Notes under the pieces: generated by a model | What the model was told of the DNA's origin: nothing | Databases searched by the model: none | What the model saw: only the letters and a program-made list of their open reading frames with translations | Source of the DNA: Chloroherpetonaceae bacterium | GTDB lineage: Bacteria > Bacteroidota > Chlorobiia > Chlorobiales > Thermochlorobacteraceae | DNA: 64,000 bases | Assembly (NCBI GenBank): GCA_046292465.1 | Contig: JBKBRB010000012.1 | Span: 7,282-71,281 of the forward strand | Direction of reading: 5' to 3' | Shown: positions 18,801 to 28,162 of the stretch, piece by piece | How the letters are laid out: the number at the start of each line of letters is the position of its first letter | Numbering within the stretch: position 1 is the stretch's first letter | Program-made: the position numbers and the translations under genes

Positions 18801-20870
18801 TTATTGTGTTGGCAGTTCGACAAAAAACGTCGCGCCTTTATCCTTCCCTTCCGACTCTGCCCACACTTTGCCGCCGTGCAATTCCACGATTTGCTTCACG
18901 ATGGATAAGCCCAGACCTGTTGAACTTTCGCCGCCCGTTGGTCGCGCCGAAAGCCGCTGAAATTTTCCGAAGAGTTTGGCTTTGTCTGCTTCCGTCAAGC
19001 CTTGTCCTTCGTCTTTGACGGCTATACGAATCGCACCTTTTTCTACCTGCTTCAAACTCACGCGAATTGTCTTACTTCTTGGCGAATACTTGATGGCGTT
19101 GGAAATGAGATTTTCAAAGACTTCGCGCATGCGCTCTGCATCGAGTTCAGCGAGGCAATTTTCGTCAAGGTCGAGTTCGATGGTTTGCGATTTCCTTTCA
19201 GCGTTTGCTTGATAATTTGCAACAACCGCACGAAGGAGGTCCGCAACAACGACTTTGGATTTACACAGTGCAATCCCTGTCATCTCGAGTTTAACATTGT
19301 TCAGCAATTCTTCAATGAGTTTATACATTCGTTGAGCAACGCGCTCAATGGTTGCAGCGGCAGCATGGGTTTTGGGTTTGTTGTCTTTGTCTTCTTGAAT
19401 GAGTTGTGCAAAGCCAATGACAGATTGAAGCGGGTTTTTAAGGTCGTGCGCGGCAATGCCGAGAAGTTCGGTCTTGAAAGTGTTGGCTTCTTCGGCGATG
19501 GCTTTCAGGCGTTTCGTTTCGGCAAGGGCTTTGGTTAGTTCGATGTTCTGTTGCTTGTGTCGCTCGGCTTCTTTGCGTGCAAGTTCGTTCTCGAAGAGGG
19601 CCTGTTGGACCGCAATTTTTTTGCCTTGCTCTTCGTTGAAGACGGCTTCTCTGATGGTGTGATAATTTTGGTAAGCGCGATACGCCGATTCAAAGTCGCC
19701 TAATTGCTCATAGAGAATTGCCAGTTGCTCAAAGGCTTCATAAGATTGGCGGCGCATCGAGTGTTTTTCGCTTGCGGCAATTGCTTCGGTGAGATAGGTT
19801 TTGGCAAGGTCATAATTTTTTTGTGCAATCAAAGTTTTGCCAATCAAAATCATGACGCGAACGATGTTGCTTTGGTCGCCGAGTTCGCACAAGCGTTGAA
19901 GACTTTGTTGGTAGTATTCAAACGCGAGATTGTGCTCACCTTTGGATTCATAAATGCCAGCAATGTTGCCGAGTTCTGTTGCAATGCTGTTTTGTAAGCC
20001 GATTTCTTCAAAGCGTGCAAGAGCTTCTTGATAAAAGCCGAGGGCTTTATCAAACTCTTTGAGGGCATTATAGACGTTTCCGAGCGAGCTCGTCGCAATG
20101 GCTTCCAAGCGTTTATCTCCGCTTTCACGGCTCATCGTTAAGGCTTCTTCAAAGAGTTGAAGCGCCTTGTAGTGATTGCCGAGCGAGAGATAGACTTCGC
20201 CAATGTTGAGTTGAATGTTGGTAATTTCGCGTATCTCTGTTTTGGGGTCGCGTAGGTTGAGGCTTTCAGTGTAGCATTCAATCGCCTTTGGATAATCACT
20301 CAACAGCACATGAATCATGCCGATGTTGTTAAGCGTTGATGCCATTCCTTTTTTGTCGCCCAGTTCCCGCTTGAGCGCGAGGCTTTCTTCATAACATTTG
20401 AGCGCAGCAGCATGATTTTCAATCGAGTAGTAAATCAACCCGATGTTGTTGAGTGCGGCGGCAATGCCTTTCTTATCGCCTAACTCTCGCCGAAGTGTGA
20501 GGCTGTCGTTGTAAAAATCAAGGGATTTGTGGTAGTAGGCACGGTAGTATTCAATGCGTCCAAGGTTGTTTAACACCGATGCCATCATGTCGCGCTTGTT
20601 GAGTTGTTTGAACAGTAGCAACGCTTTTCGTCCCGATTGCACTGCTTCGTCGTAAGAAGCCGATGCAGTTTGCGCTAAACTCAAACAATAGTAAGCTTCT
20701 GCTTTTACTTCACACCACTCGTCAGTTTCAGCCTGTTGATTGATGCTTGCGACGATTTCTTCAACTTGTGGCATGGCTTCCTTTGGCTTTTGAGCCGCAT
20801 GCTCTTTAAGCCACGCTAATTTGGCTCTCACTTCTTCAAGCGCAACGTTTTCTCTCTGGCGGTGCTCCAT
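18801..20870 (-). CDS. TPR-repeat sensor histidine kinase
   Basis: About 9 TPR units (..LNNIGxIYxxxxxYxxALxxYExSL..), a coiled coil, then an HK core. The core is paralogous to 14905..15969 (FKTELLGIAAHDLKNPLQSVIGF; RPTGGESSTGLGLSI). Start could be ATG 20870 or GTG 20927. Confidence 0.9.
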   Translation of the reverse strand: MEHRQRENVALEEVRAKLAWLKEHAAQKPKEAMPQVEEIVASINQQAETDEWCEVKAEAYYCLSLAQTASASYDEAVQSGRKALLLFKQLNKRDMMASVLNNLGRIEYYRAYYHKSLDFYNDSLTLRRELGDKKGIAAALNNIGLIYYSIENHAAALKCYEESLALKRELGDKKGMASTLNNIGMIHVLLSDYPKAIECYTESLNLRDPKTEIREITNIQLNIGEVYLSLGNHYKALQLFEEALTMSRESGDKRLEAIATSSLGNVYNALKEFDKALGFYQEALARFEEIGLQNSIATELGNIAGIYESKGEHNLAFEYYQQSLQRLCELGDQSNIVRVMILIGKTLIAQKNYDLAKTYLTEAIAASEKHSMRRQSYEAFEQLAILYEQLGDFESAYRAYQNYHTIREAVFNEEQGKKIAVQQALFENELARKEAERHKQQNIELTKALAETKRLKAIAEEANTFKTELLGIAAHDLKNPLQSVIGFAQLIQEDKDNKPKTHAAAATIERVAQRMYKLIEELLNNVKLEMTGIALCKSKVVVADLLRAVVANYQANAERKSQTIELDLDENCLAELDAERMREVFENLISNAIKYSPRSKTIRVSLKQVEKGAIRIAVKDEGQGLTEADKAKLFGKFQRLSARPTGGESSTGLGLSIVKQIVELHGGKVWAESEGKDKGATFFVELPTQ

Positions 20871-21026
20871 TATCAGTTGATTAAAAAGAAAAATTACGAC
20901 AATTTGACGGTAAGTGTAAGCAAGCACGGCTCTTAACGCTGTGCGCCTGCGGCGAACGTTCTAACTTAAATTTCGCTTCCTGACCTGAACAGCGTAACTT
21001 GCGCCCGAATCATTTTTTCACTGTCT

Positions 21027-21572
21027 ATGCAAATTGTCTTCATCATTATCGCTATTCTCATCGCTGACCAGCTCACCAAGTATTGGGCAAAGCAAACCCT
21101 CGAGCCGATTGGGCAAATTTCGCTTATCGGCGATTGGCTCAAACTTACCTTTACGGAAAATACGGGGATTGCGTTCGGAATTGATTTGGGCGGACAAGCA
21201 GTGGTAACGGTTCTTTCGGTTTTAGCGACGATTGGCATTAGCATCTACCTCTATTCGCTTCGGCGCGATAACATCTACTACAAACTTGCCTTTGCGTGCA
21301 TTTTGGGCGGGGCAATCGGCAACCTCATCGACCGCGCACTTTACGGGCGCGTTGTGGATTTCATTCACTTCGATTTGTATCGTGGATACATCGGGACTTA
21401 TTACCTCTCGCTTTGGCCGATTTTCAATATCGCCGACATTGCTATTTCAACGGGCATCGGCATTATGTTCGTTTGGTATAAGCGCATTTTTGAGCCTGAA
21501 CCTATCGCTACGCCAAGCGAAAATGCACCAACCACTCCCATGGTCCAAACAAATAGAGAGTCTCAGAATTGA
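21027..21572 (+). CDS. lspA: Lipoprotein signal peptidase II
   Basis: ADQLTKYWA, NTGIAFG, GNLIDR, VVDFI, FNIADIAIS. Confidence 0.9.
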   Translation: MQIVFIIIAILIADQLTKYWAKQTLEPIGQISLIGDWLKLTFTENTGIAFGIDLGGQAVVTVLSVLATIGISIYLYSLRRDNIYYKLAFACILGGAIGNLIDRALYGRVVDFIHFDLYRGYIGTYYLSLWPIFNIADIAISTGIGIMFVWYKRIFEPEPIATPSENAPTTPMVQTNRESQN

Positions 21573-21579
21573 GATTGAA

Positions 21580-22689
21580 TTATTTCAATCGCGTATCAAA
21601 CGCATCGCGCAGTCCATCGCCGAGAAGGTTAATGGCAAGTACGGCAAGCATAATGGCAAGTCCGGGAAAAACGGTTAGCCACCAGCCGTTGCCCGAGACG
21701 ATGTAGGCGTAGCCGTCGCGCAACATTGAGCCCCACGACGCCGTCGGCGGCTGAACGCCGAAGCCAAGAAACGAAAGGCTTGCTTCGGCAATGATGGCAG
21801 TTGCAAAGCCTGCCGTTGCGACAACCGTTACAGGTCCAACCGTGTTCGGCAAGATGTGTTTGAAAATCGTGCGTGCCGCACTGAATCCTAATGCCTTTGT
21901 GGCTTCGACGAATTCGCGCTCACGGAGCGAGAAAAATTGCCCGCGCACAATTCGCGCTGTATCGACCCACGACGCCAATCCAACCGCTAAAAACACCTGC
22001 CAAAATCCACGCCCCAACGCCACGCTGATGGCAATCACCAACAAGAGTTCAGGGAACGACCACACCACATTCATCACCCACATCACGATGGCGTCAACTT
22101 TGCCGCGAAAATATCCCGCCACTGCGCCGAGCGTTAGCCCAATGAGAAGCGAAATGCTTGTGGCAATCACGCCAACTGCAAGCGAGACGCGCGTGCCGTA
22201 AATAATGCGCGAACAGACATCGCGTCCGTATTTGTCCGTCCCCATCAAATAAATCGGCGTTTTGTGCCAATCAGATTCTTTTGTGCCAAAAAGTTCACTT
22301 GTTGGAATTTTTTCCTCTCGTCCCTCAAAATCTGTGATGAAGAGCGTGTCGCCTTGTTGCGCGTAGGAGCGAATCGGAATGGCTTTGAATGGGTCTCCTT
22401 CGCTTGCATCGATTTTCTTCAAAATCAAATTTCCCTTGAACAACGGCGGTTTGATTTCATACTCGTAAATCTGCGCGTTGGGGTTCATTGGCGATAGAAC
22501 AGGCGCGAAGAGCGCGACAACGATGAAGAAAACCACAAGGATTAAGCCTCCAAACGCAAGGCGATTGCGCCGAAGCCGTCGCCACGATTGGTAAAGCGGA
22601 CTATGCGGCACGGCGTCCGCAAGTTGTGCATCGTATTCAGCACTCGCAGAATTGGCTTTTGCAGAAATAGGTTCGGAAGGATTCATCAT
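21580..22689 (-). CDS. ABC transporter permease, oligopeptide/dipeptide type (OppC/DppC-like)
   Basis: Long N-terminal loop, GTDxxGRDVxSRIIYG, and an EAA-like FVEATKALG motif. Confidence 0.8.
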   Translation of the reverse strand: MMNPSEPISAKANSASAEYDAQLADAVPHSPLYQSWRRLRRNRLAFGGLILVVFFIVVALFAPVLSPMNPNAQIYEYEIKPPLFKGNLILKKIDASEGDPFKAIPIRSYAQQGDTLFITDFEGREEKIPTSELFGTKESDWHKTPIYLMGTDKYGRDVCSRIIYGTRVSLAVGVIATSISLLIGLTLGAVAGYFRGKVDAIVMWVMNVVWSFPELLLVIAISVALGRGFWQVFLAVGLASWVDTARIVRGQFFSLREREFVEATKALGFSAARTIFKHILPNTVGPVTVVATAGFATAIIAEASLSFLGFGVQPPTASWGSMLRDGYAYIVSGNGWWLTVFPGLAIMLAVLAINLLGDGLRDAFDTRLK

Positions 22690-23132
22690 TCAACTGCAAC
22701 TTTGAAGATGGCTTTTTTAACGAACGATTTCGGCGCGTTAGGCGCGTGCGCGTCGTCAGGAAAAAAGATGGCAAAGGTGTTCGGCGCGAGCGTGATTTGA
22801 AAGTCGGGCACGTCGGCAAAGAGCATGAAATCGTTTTCTTCGCTGTAAGGCGTATCGAGCGTTTGGCATTGGTGAAGCGGCTTCCAGCCGATGTCGAAGG
22901 CACCGTCGAGGGTAAGTTGAATGTCGATGTATTTGCGATGGGCTTCGAGTTTGGCGTTGTGCGCGCGTGCGTGGTCGTCGGCGATAATGACGAAAAGGTC
23001 ATCGCCTTGAAGCGTGTGCGTGCCGACGGGCAAGGTTTTGAAGTTGGACGAAGTGGCAAACGTGAAGGCTTGTTCAAATAGACGATGGTTGCCGTAATAG
23101 CGCGCGGCGCGCTCGAGTGTATCCACAATCAT
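22686..23132 (-). CDS. YhcH/YjgK/YiaL (DUF386) family protein
   Basis: MIVDTLERAARY... and EAHRKYIDIQLTLDG, a hallmark segment of the family. Overlaps the permease start by 4 nt. Confidence 0.8.
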   Translation of the reverse strand: MIVDTLERAARYYGNHRLFEQAFTFATSSNFKTLPVGTHTLQGDDLFVIIADDHARAHNAKLEAHRKYIDIQLTLDGAFDIGWKPLHQCQTLDTPYSEENDFMLFADVPDFQITLAPNTFAIFFPDDAHAPNAPKSFVKKAIFKVAVE

Positions 23133-23277
23133 GGTTTGGTTGAGTTAATAGTTGAATTTGAAGATACTTCGCAAACAACCTTTGTCAAATTCTGACGGTT
23201 CTTTTCCGTCGAGCGAATCGCTATATTCGAGCCTGTTTGGAAATCTGTTTTTTCAATCTTCAAAATCTGCAACAAAA

Positions 23278-24366
<1,089 letters not shown>

Positions 24367-24390
24367 GCGTTCAGAAGCAGAAATGAAAAG

Positions 24391-24417
24391 GGGCGCACAA
24401 TCGCGCCCTTTTTGTTT
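24391..24417 (+). terminator. Rho-independent terminator after the aldolase gene
   Basis: GGGCGC-acaatc-GCGCCC followed by TTTTTGTTTT. Confidence 0.8.
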
Positions 24418-24461
24418 TGGCGTTGTTTGCCAAAAAGTTACGAGAAAAGAAAAATTAAAAT

Positions 24462-24532
24462 CACCGCGTTGGATTTTCTCGGGAATCGCTGCTGCTGCCC
24501 CAGCGACTCAACCTATCAAAACCCAAGCGGTG
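24462..24532 (-). ncRNA. Structured RNA element, copy A (unassigned family)
   Basis: Closing stem CACCGC(G)TTGG / CCAAGCGGTG. Inner hairpin TCGCTG-ctgctgccc-CAGCGA. The 42-nt core at 24477-24518 is identical to copy B. On the minus strand a U-rich run follows. Confidence 0.5.
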
Positions 24533-24643
24533 AAACTCTATGAATAGAAGCCTTAAATCTTACTTCGTTTTTTCTTCTGCCATGCGTTTGTCGTTTTCTT
24601 TTTCACACAACTAAACTCACTTATCACACACATAAAAATAAAA

Positions 24644-24709
24644 CCGCCTGAAGGCTCTCGGGAATCGCTGCTGCTGCCCCAGCGACTCAACCTATCAGCG
24701 TTCAGACGG
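24644..24709 (-). ncRNA. Structured RNA element, copy B
   Basis: Core 24656-24697 is identical to copy A. The closing stem CCGCCTGAA / TTCAGACGG is unrelated in sequence. Its single C.A mismatch on the plus strand is a G.U on the minus strand. Minus-strand U-run TTTTATTTTTAT follows. Confidence 0.5.
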
Positions 24710-24804
24710 CAAAGAACGAAATTCGCTGTAATAATACTCGCGAATCGCTTTTTCGGATATGATTTATATCACAACCCTTGACAAGCATTTTTTGCCTGAA
24801 ATCA

Positions 24805-24880
24805 GCGCCGCTCACGCCTTTGGGGATTCGCGAGACGCTGCTGCCCCATCTCCGACTCAACCTACTCGGCGCAAGCGGCA
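24805..24880 (-). ncRNA. Structured RNA element, copy C (diverged)
   Basis: Keeps GGGGAT, the loop GCTGCTGCCCC and CGACTCAACCTA. The inner stem is replaced by CG(C)GAGA/TCTCCG. The closing stem GCCGCTCACGCC/GGCGCAAGCGGC is a continuous 12 bp only if read on the minus strand (two G.U pairs). Confidence 0.45.
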
Positions 24881-25036
24881 TAGCCTTTCATCAAACGACG
24901 CTGAAATGATACGCCTCTCTTTCATATGTGATATTGCGCTACGTAACCGCTTGTGATAAACACATTTTGTGAACTACAGCACAACGCTTGCAGTCCCATT
25001 TGAAATGCGTAATTTTCCCAAACTATCAACAACGCA

Positions 25037-26353
25037 ATGAAAAAGTTACTTTCAGTTCTTGTCTATCTTTTGACTTTGCTCCCGCATACAATTCTTGCAC
25101 AATCCAAGCCGATTGCCTTTACAGGCGCAACGATTTATCCGATTGCTTCTCCGCCGATTGAGAACGGCACGCTCGTGATTCAGAACGGGAAAATTCTTGC
25201 CGTTGGTGCAAGCGTTGCAATTCCTTCCGATGCCACACGCATTGACGCCAGCGGCAAAATCATCACGGCGGGATTTGTCGATACGCACTCGCATATCGGT
25301 GGCGGCGATGGCGGCGACGCTTCCGCACCGATTCACCCCAGCGTGCGCATTTTAGACGCGATTGACGTTCGTAACGACACTTTCAAAAAAGCCCTCGCAG
25401 GCGGCATTACAACCGTGAATGTGATGCCCGGCTCCGGACACTTGCTTAGCGGTCAGACGGTTTATCTCAAACTGCGCAACGCAAACACCATTTCTCAAAT
25501 GCTCTTCTGCAACGACGAAACGAAGGAAATTTGCGGCGGCATTAAAATGGCAAACGGCACAAACCCCATGCGCGGCGGCGTCTTTCCCGGAACACGCGCC
25601 AAGTCGGCGGCAATGATTCGAAGCATTTTTATCAAAGCGCAAGACTATCAAAAGAAACAGAAAGACGCCGGCGGCAATCCTGATAAAATGCCCAAACGCG
25701 ATTTAGAGTTGGAAGCGTTAGTTGAAGTGTTGGAGGGCAAGCGAATTGTTCAGCACCACACGCACCGCGCCGATGATATTCTCACCGTGCTACGCATTGC
25801 CAAAGAGTTCGGCTACAAGGTCGTCCTGCACCATGTCAGCGAAGGGTGGAAGGTTGCAAACGAAATTGCCGAAGCCAAAGTCCCTTGCTCCATCATTGTG
25901 ATTGATTCGCCCGGCGGAAAGTTGGAAGCAAGCGAACTGCGCTACGAAACCGGCGGCATTTTGGAGAAAGCCGGCGTCGATGTTGCCTTTCACACCGACG
26001 ACGGCATTACGGATTCGCGGCTCTTTATGCGCTCGGCGGCGTTTGGCGTGCGTGCAGGAATGTCGGAACAAAAAGCCCTCGAAGGTTTAACGCTTGCAGG
26101 TGCGCGTATGCTCGGCTTGGAAAAGCGTATCGGCTCGCTTGAAGTCGGCAAAGATGCCGATTTCGTGATTCTCTCGGGAAGTCCGTTCAGCGTCTATACC
26201 AAAGTGCTTGAAACTTGGGTAGAAGGCGAAAAGCGATTCGACCGAAACAATCCTGACGACTACAAGTATGCTGTCGGCGGTTATCAAGTTTATCGCGGCG
26301 AAGTGTTTAATCACTATCAAAGCGTGATGCAAAACGAAGGAGGCGAGCAGTGA
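25037..26353 (+). CDS. Secreted amidohydrolase-superfamily metallohydrolase (dipeptidase/prolidase-like)
   Basis: Signal peptide, GFVDTHSHIG metal-binding HxH motif, VAFHTDD near the C-terminus. Confidence 0.8.
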   Translation: MKKLLSVLVYLLTLLPHTILAQSKPIAFTGATIYPIASPPIENGTLVIQNGKILAVGASVAIPSDATRIDASGKIITAGFVDTHSHIGGGDGGDASAPIHPSVRILDAIDVRNDTFKKALAGGITTVNVMPGSGHLLSGQTVYLKLRNANTISQMLFCNDETKEICGGIKMANGTNPMRGGVFPGTRAKSAAMIRSIFIKAQDYQKKQKDAGGNPDKMPKRDLELEALVEVLEGKRIVQHHTHRADDILTVLRIAKEFGYKVVLHHVSEGWKVANEIAEAKVPCSIIVIDSPGGKLEASELRYETGGILEKAGVDVAFHTDDGITDSRLFMRSAAFGVRAGMSEQKALEGLTLAGARMLGLEKRIGSLEVGKDADFVILSGSPFSVYTKVLETWVEGEKRFDRNNPDDYKYAVGGYQVYRGEVFNHYQSVMQNEGGEQ

Positions 26354-27567
26354 GGCATTTAAGGCTTTCTTCTTTGTTGCTCGTTTTTTGTTGTGCATCG
26401 TTTCAGGTTTCCTTCGCGCAACTTGCAATCAAAGGCGAGATGATTTACACGATGGCAGGCGCGCCGATTCAAAACGGCGTTGTGCTGGTGAATGGCGGCA
26501 AAATTGAGCGCGTCGGTTCGCAAACGGAAATTTCAATTCCAAGCCATTACAAAGTCATAACCGCAAAAGTCATTACGCCCGGACTGATTGATGCGCACAG
26601 CGTTGTGGGACTTGCCGGCATTTTTAATTACAACCACGACCAGGATCAATTAGAAAAATCCGACCCTATTCAGCCCGACCTTCGCGCCGTCGACGCTTAC
26701 AACGCCAATGAACGACTTGTAGGATTTCTCCGTGACTTCGGCATTACCACGCTTCACACTGGACACGGCACGGGCGCGCTCATTTCAGGACAAACGATGA
26801 TTGTTAAAACTCTCGGCACAACCGTTGAACAAGCCCTCGTTCAGCCTGTCTCCGCCGTTGCATTTACGCTGGGCGCAACCGTGCGCGAGAACTTCCAAAA
26901 GCCGGGCACGCGCTCAAAAGGCGTTGCTATGCTGCGCGAAAAATTTATCGAAGCGCAAGACTATGCGAAGAAGATGAAAACCAAAGACGCCTCAAAGCGT
27001 CCAACAAGAGATTTAAAGTTGGAAGTCCTCGCCGACATTCTCGACAAGAAAATTCCTGCGCTCATCACGGCTAATAAAGCCACCGAAATTATGACGGCTT
27101 TGCGCTTGCAAAAAGAATTTGGGTTCAGAATGATTTTGGACGGCGCGGCGGAAGCCTACCTGGTTTTGGAAGAACTCAAAGCCGCCAATGTGCCTGTGAT
27201 TTTGCACCCAACAATGGTGCGCACTTACGGCGATACGCGCAACGCCTCCTTTGAGACGGCGGCGAAATTGAAACAAGCAGGAATTAAATTCGCGCTTCAA
27301 TCGGGCTACGAAAGTTATGTTCCGAAAACGCGCGTTGTGCTTTACGAAGCCGCGCTTGCCGTCGCCAACGGGCTTCCTTTTGAAGACGGACTTCGCGCCA
27401 TTACGATTGATGCGGCAGACATTTTAGGCATTGCCAATCGCGTCGGCTCACTTGAAAAAGGCAAAGATGCTGATATTGTTTGCTTCGACGGCGACCCATT
27501 TGAATACACCTCTCACGTTTGCCAAGTTATTATCAACGGATACCTCGTCAAAGAGCAGTGTAATTAA
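26350..27567 (+). CDS. Secreted amidohydrolase-superfamily metallohydrolase, paralogous partner
   Basis: Signal peptide, GLIDAHS motif. GTG start overlaps the upstream stop (GTGA at 26350-26353). Confidence 0.8.
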   Translation: MRHLRLSSLLLVFCCASFQVSFAQLAIKGEMIYTMAGAPIQNGVVLVNGGKIERVGSQTEISIPSHYKVITAKVITPGLIDAHSVVGLAGIFNYNHDQDQLEKSDPIQPDLRAVDAYNANERLVGFLRDFGITTLHTGHGTGALISGQTMIVKTLGTTVEQALVQPVSAVAFTLGATVRENFQKPGTRSKGVAMLREKFIEAQDYAKKMKTKDASKRPTRDLKLEVLADILDKKIPALITANKATEIMTALRLQKEFGFRMILDGAAEAYLVLEELKAANVPVILHPTMVRTYGDTRNASFETAAKLKQAGIKFALQSGYESYVPKTRVVLYEAALAVANGLPFEDGLRAITIDAADILGIANRVGSLEKGKDADIVCFDGDPFEYTSHVCQVIINGYLVKEQCN

Positions 27568-27652
27568 ATACCTCAACCCCAAGGCATACCTCATCACAAG
27601 ACACACCTTATGAGTTTGTTTGTCATTAACTTAAAAAAGAAAGGAACACATC

Positions 27653-28051
27653 ATGTCATTCATTCAAGAGTTCAAACAATTTGCCGTGCGCGGCAATGTC
27701 ATCGACCTCGCCATTGGGGTTGTGATTGGTGGGGCGTTTGGGAAAATCGTCAATTCGCTTGTGGCGGACATTATCACGCCGCCGCTTGGATTGCTGATTG
27801 GTGGAGTTGATTTCTCGAACTTAGTTATCAACCTCAATAGTCCGATTGGCGATTTGAAGCCTGTTACGATTAACTACGGCAAATTTTTGCAAGCCTCGTT
27901 CGACTTCATCATCATTGCGTTTGCGCTCTTTTTGATTATTCGCACGGTCAATCGCTTGCAGAAAAAGGAGAAAGAAAAGCCCGCGCCTCCGCCTGAAATT
28001 CCTGCCGATGTCAAACTGCTGACGGAAATTCGAGACCTGTTAAAAAAATAA
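27653..28051 (+). CDS. mscL: Large-conductance mechanosensitive channel
   Basis: EFKQFAVRGNVIDLAIGVVIGGAFGKIVNSLVADIITPP is near-consensus MscL. Confidence 0.95.
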   Translation: MSFIQEFKQFAVRGNVIDLAIGVVIGGAFGKIVNSLVADIITPPLGLLIGGVDFSNLVINLNSPIGDLKPVTINYGKFLQASFDFIIIAFALFLIIRTVNRLQKKEKEKPAPPPEIPADVKLLTEIRDLLKK

Positions 28052-28132
28052 CTTTACAAACCCTAACAAGAAAACTTATATGAACAAACATCTACTTCTC
28101 GCGCTCTTGCTTTTCTTGTTGGACTTTGATTC

Positions 28133-28161
28133 AAAAGGAGAGTTCGTGGCTCTCCTTTTTT
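28133..28161. terminator. Bidirectional terminator between mscL and the alanine dehydrogenase gene
   Basis: AAAAGGAGAG-ttcgtgg-CTCTCCTTTTTT. It has an A-run upstream and a T-run downstream. Confidence 0.75.
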
Positions 28162-28162
28162 G

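Noticed and set aside
24462-24880. A CRISPR-array or MITE/REP interpretation of the repeated 42-nt core
   Set aside because: There are only two identical copies plus one diverged copy, spaced about 165-180 nt apart, and no cas genes. The stems flanking the core differ in sequence but stay paired, which fits RNA structure better than CRISPR repeats. A REP/MITE origin is not fully excluded and is listed as a refutation test.
24759-24956. 65-aa ORF in the aldolase-amidohydrolase spacer
   Set aside because: It overlaps RNA-element copy C. The conservation pattern there follows base pairing, not codons, and the peptide has no motif.
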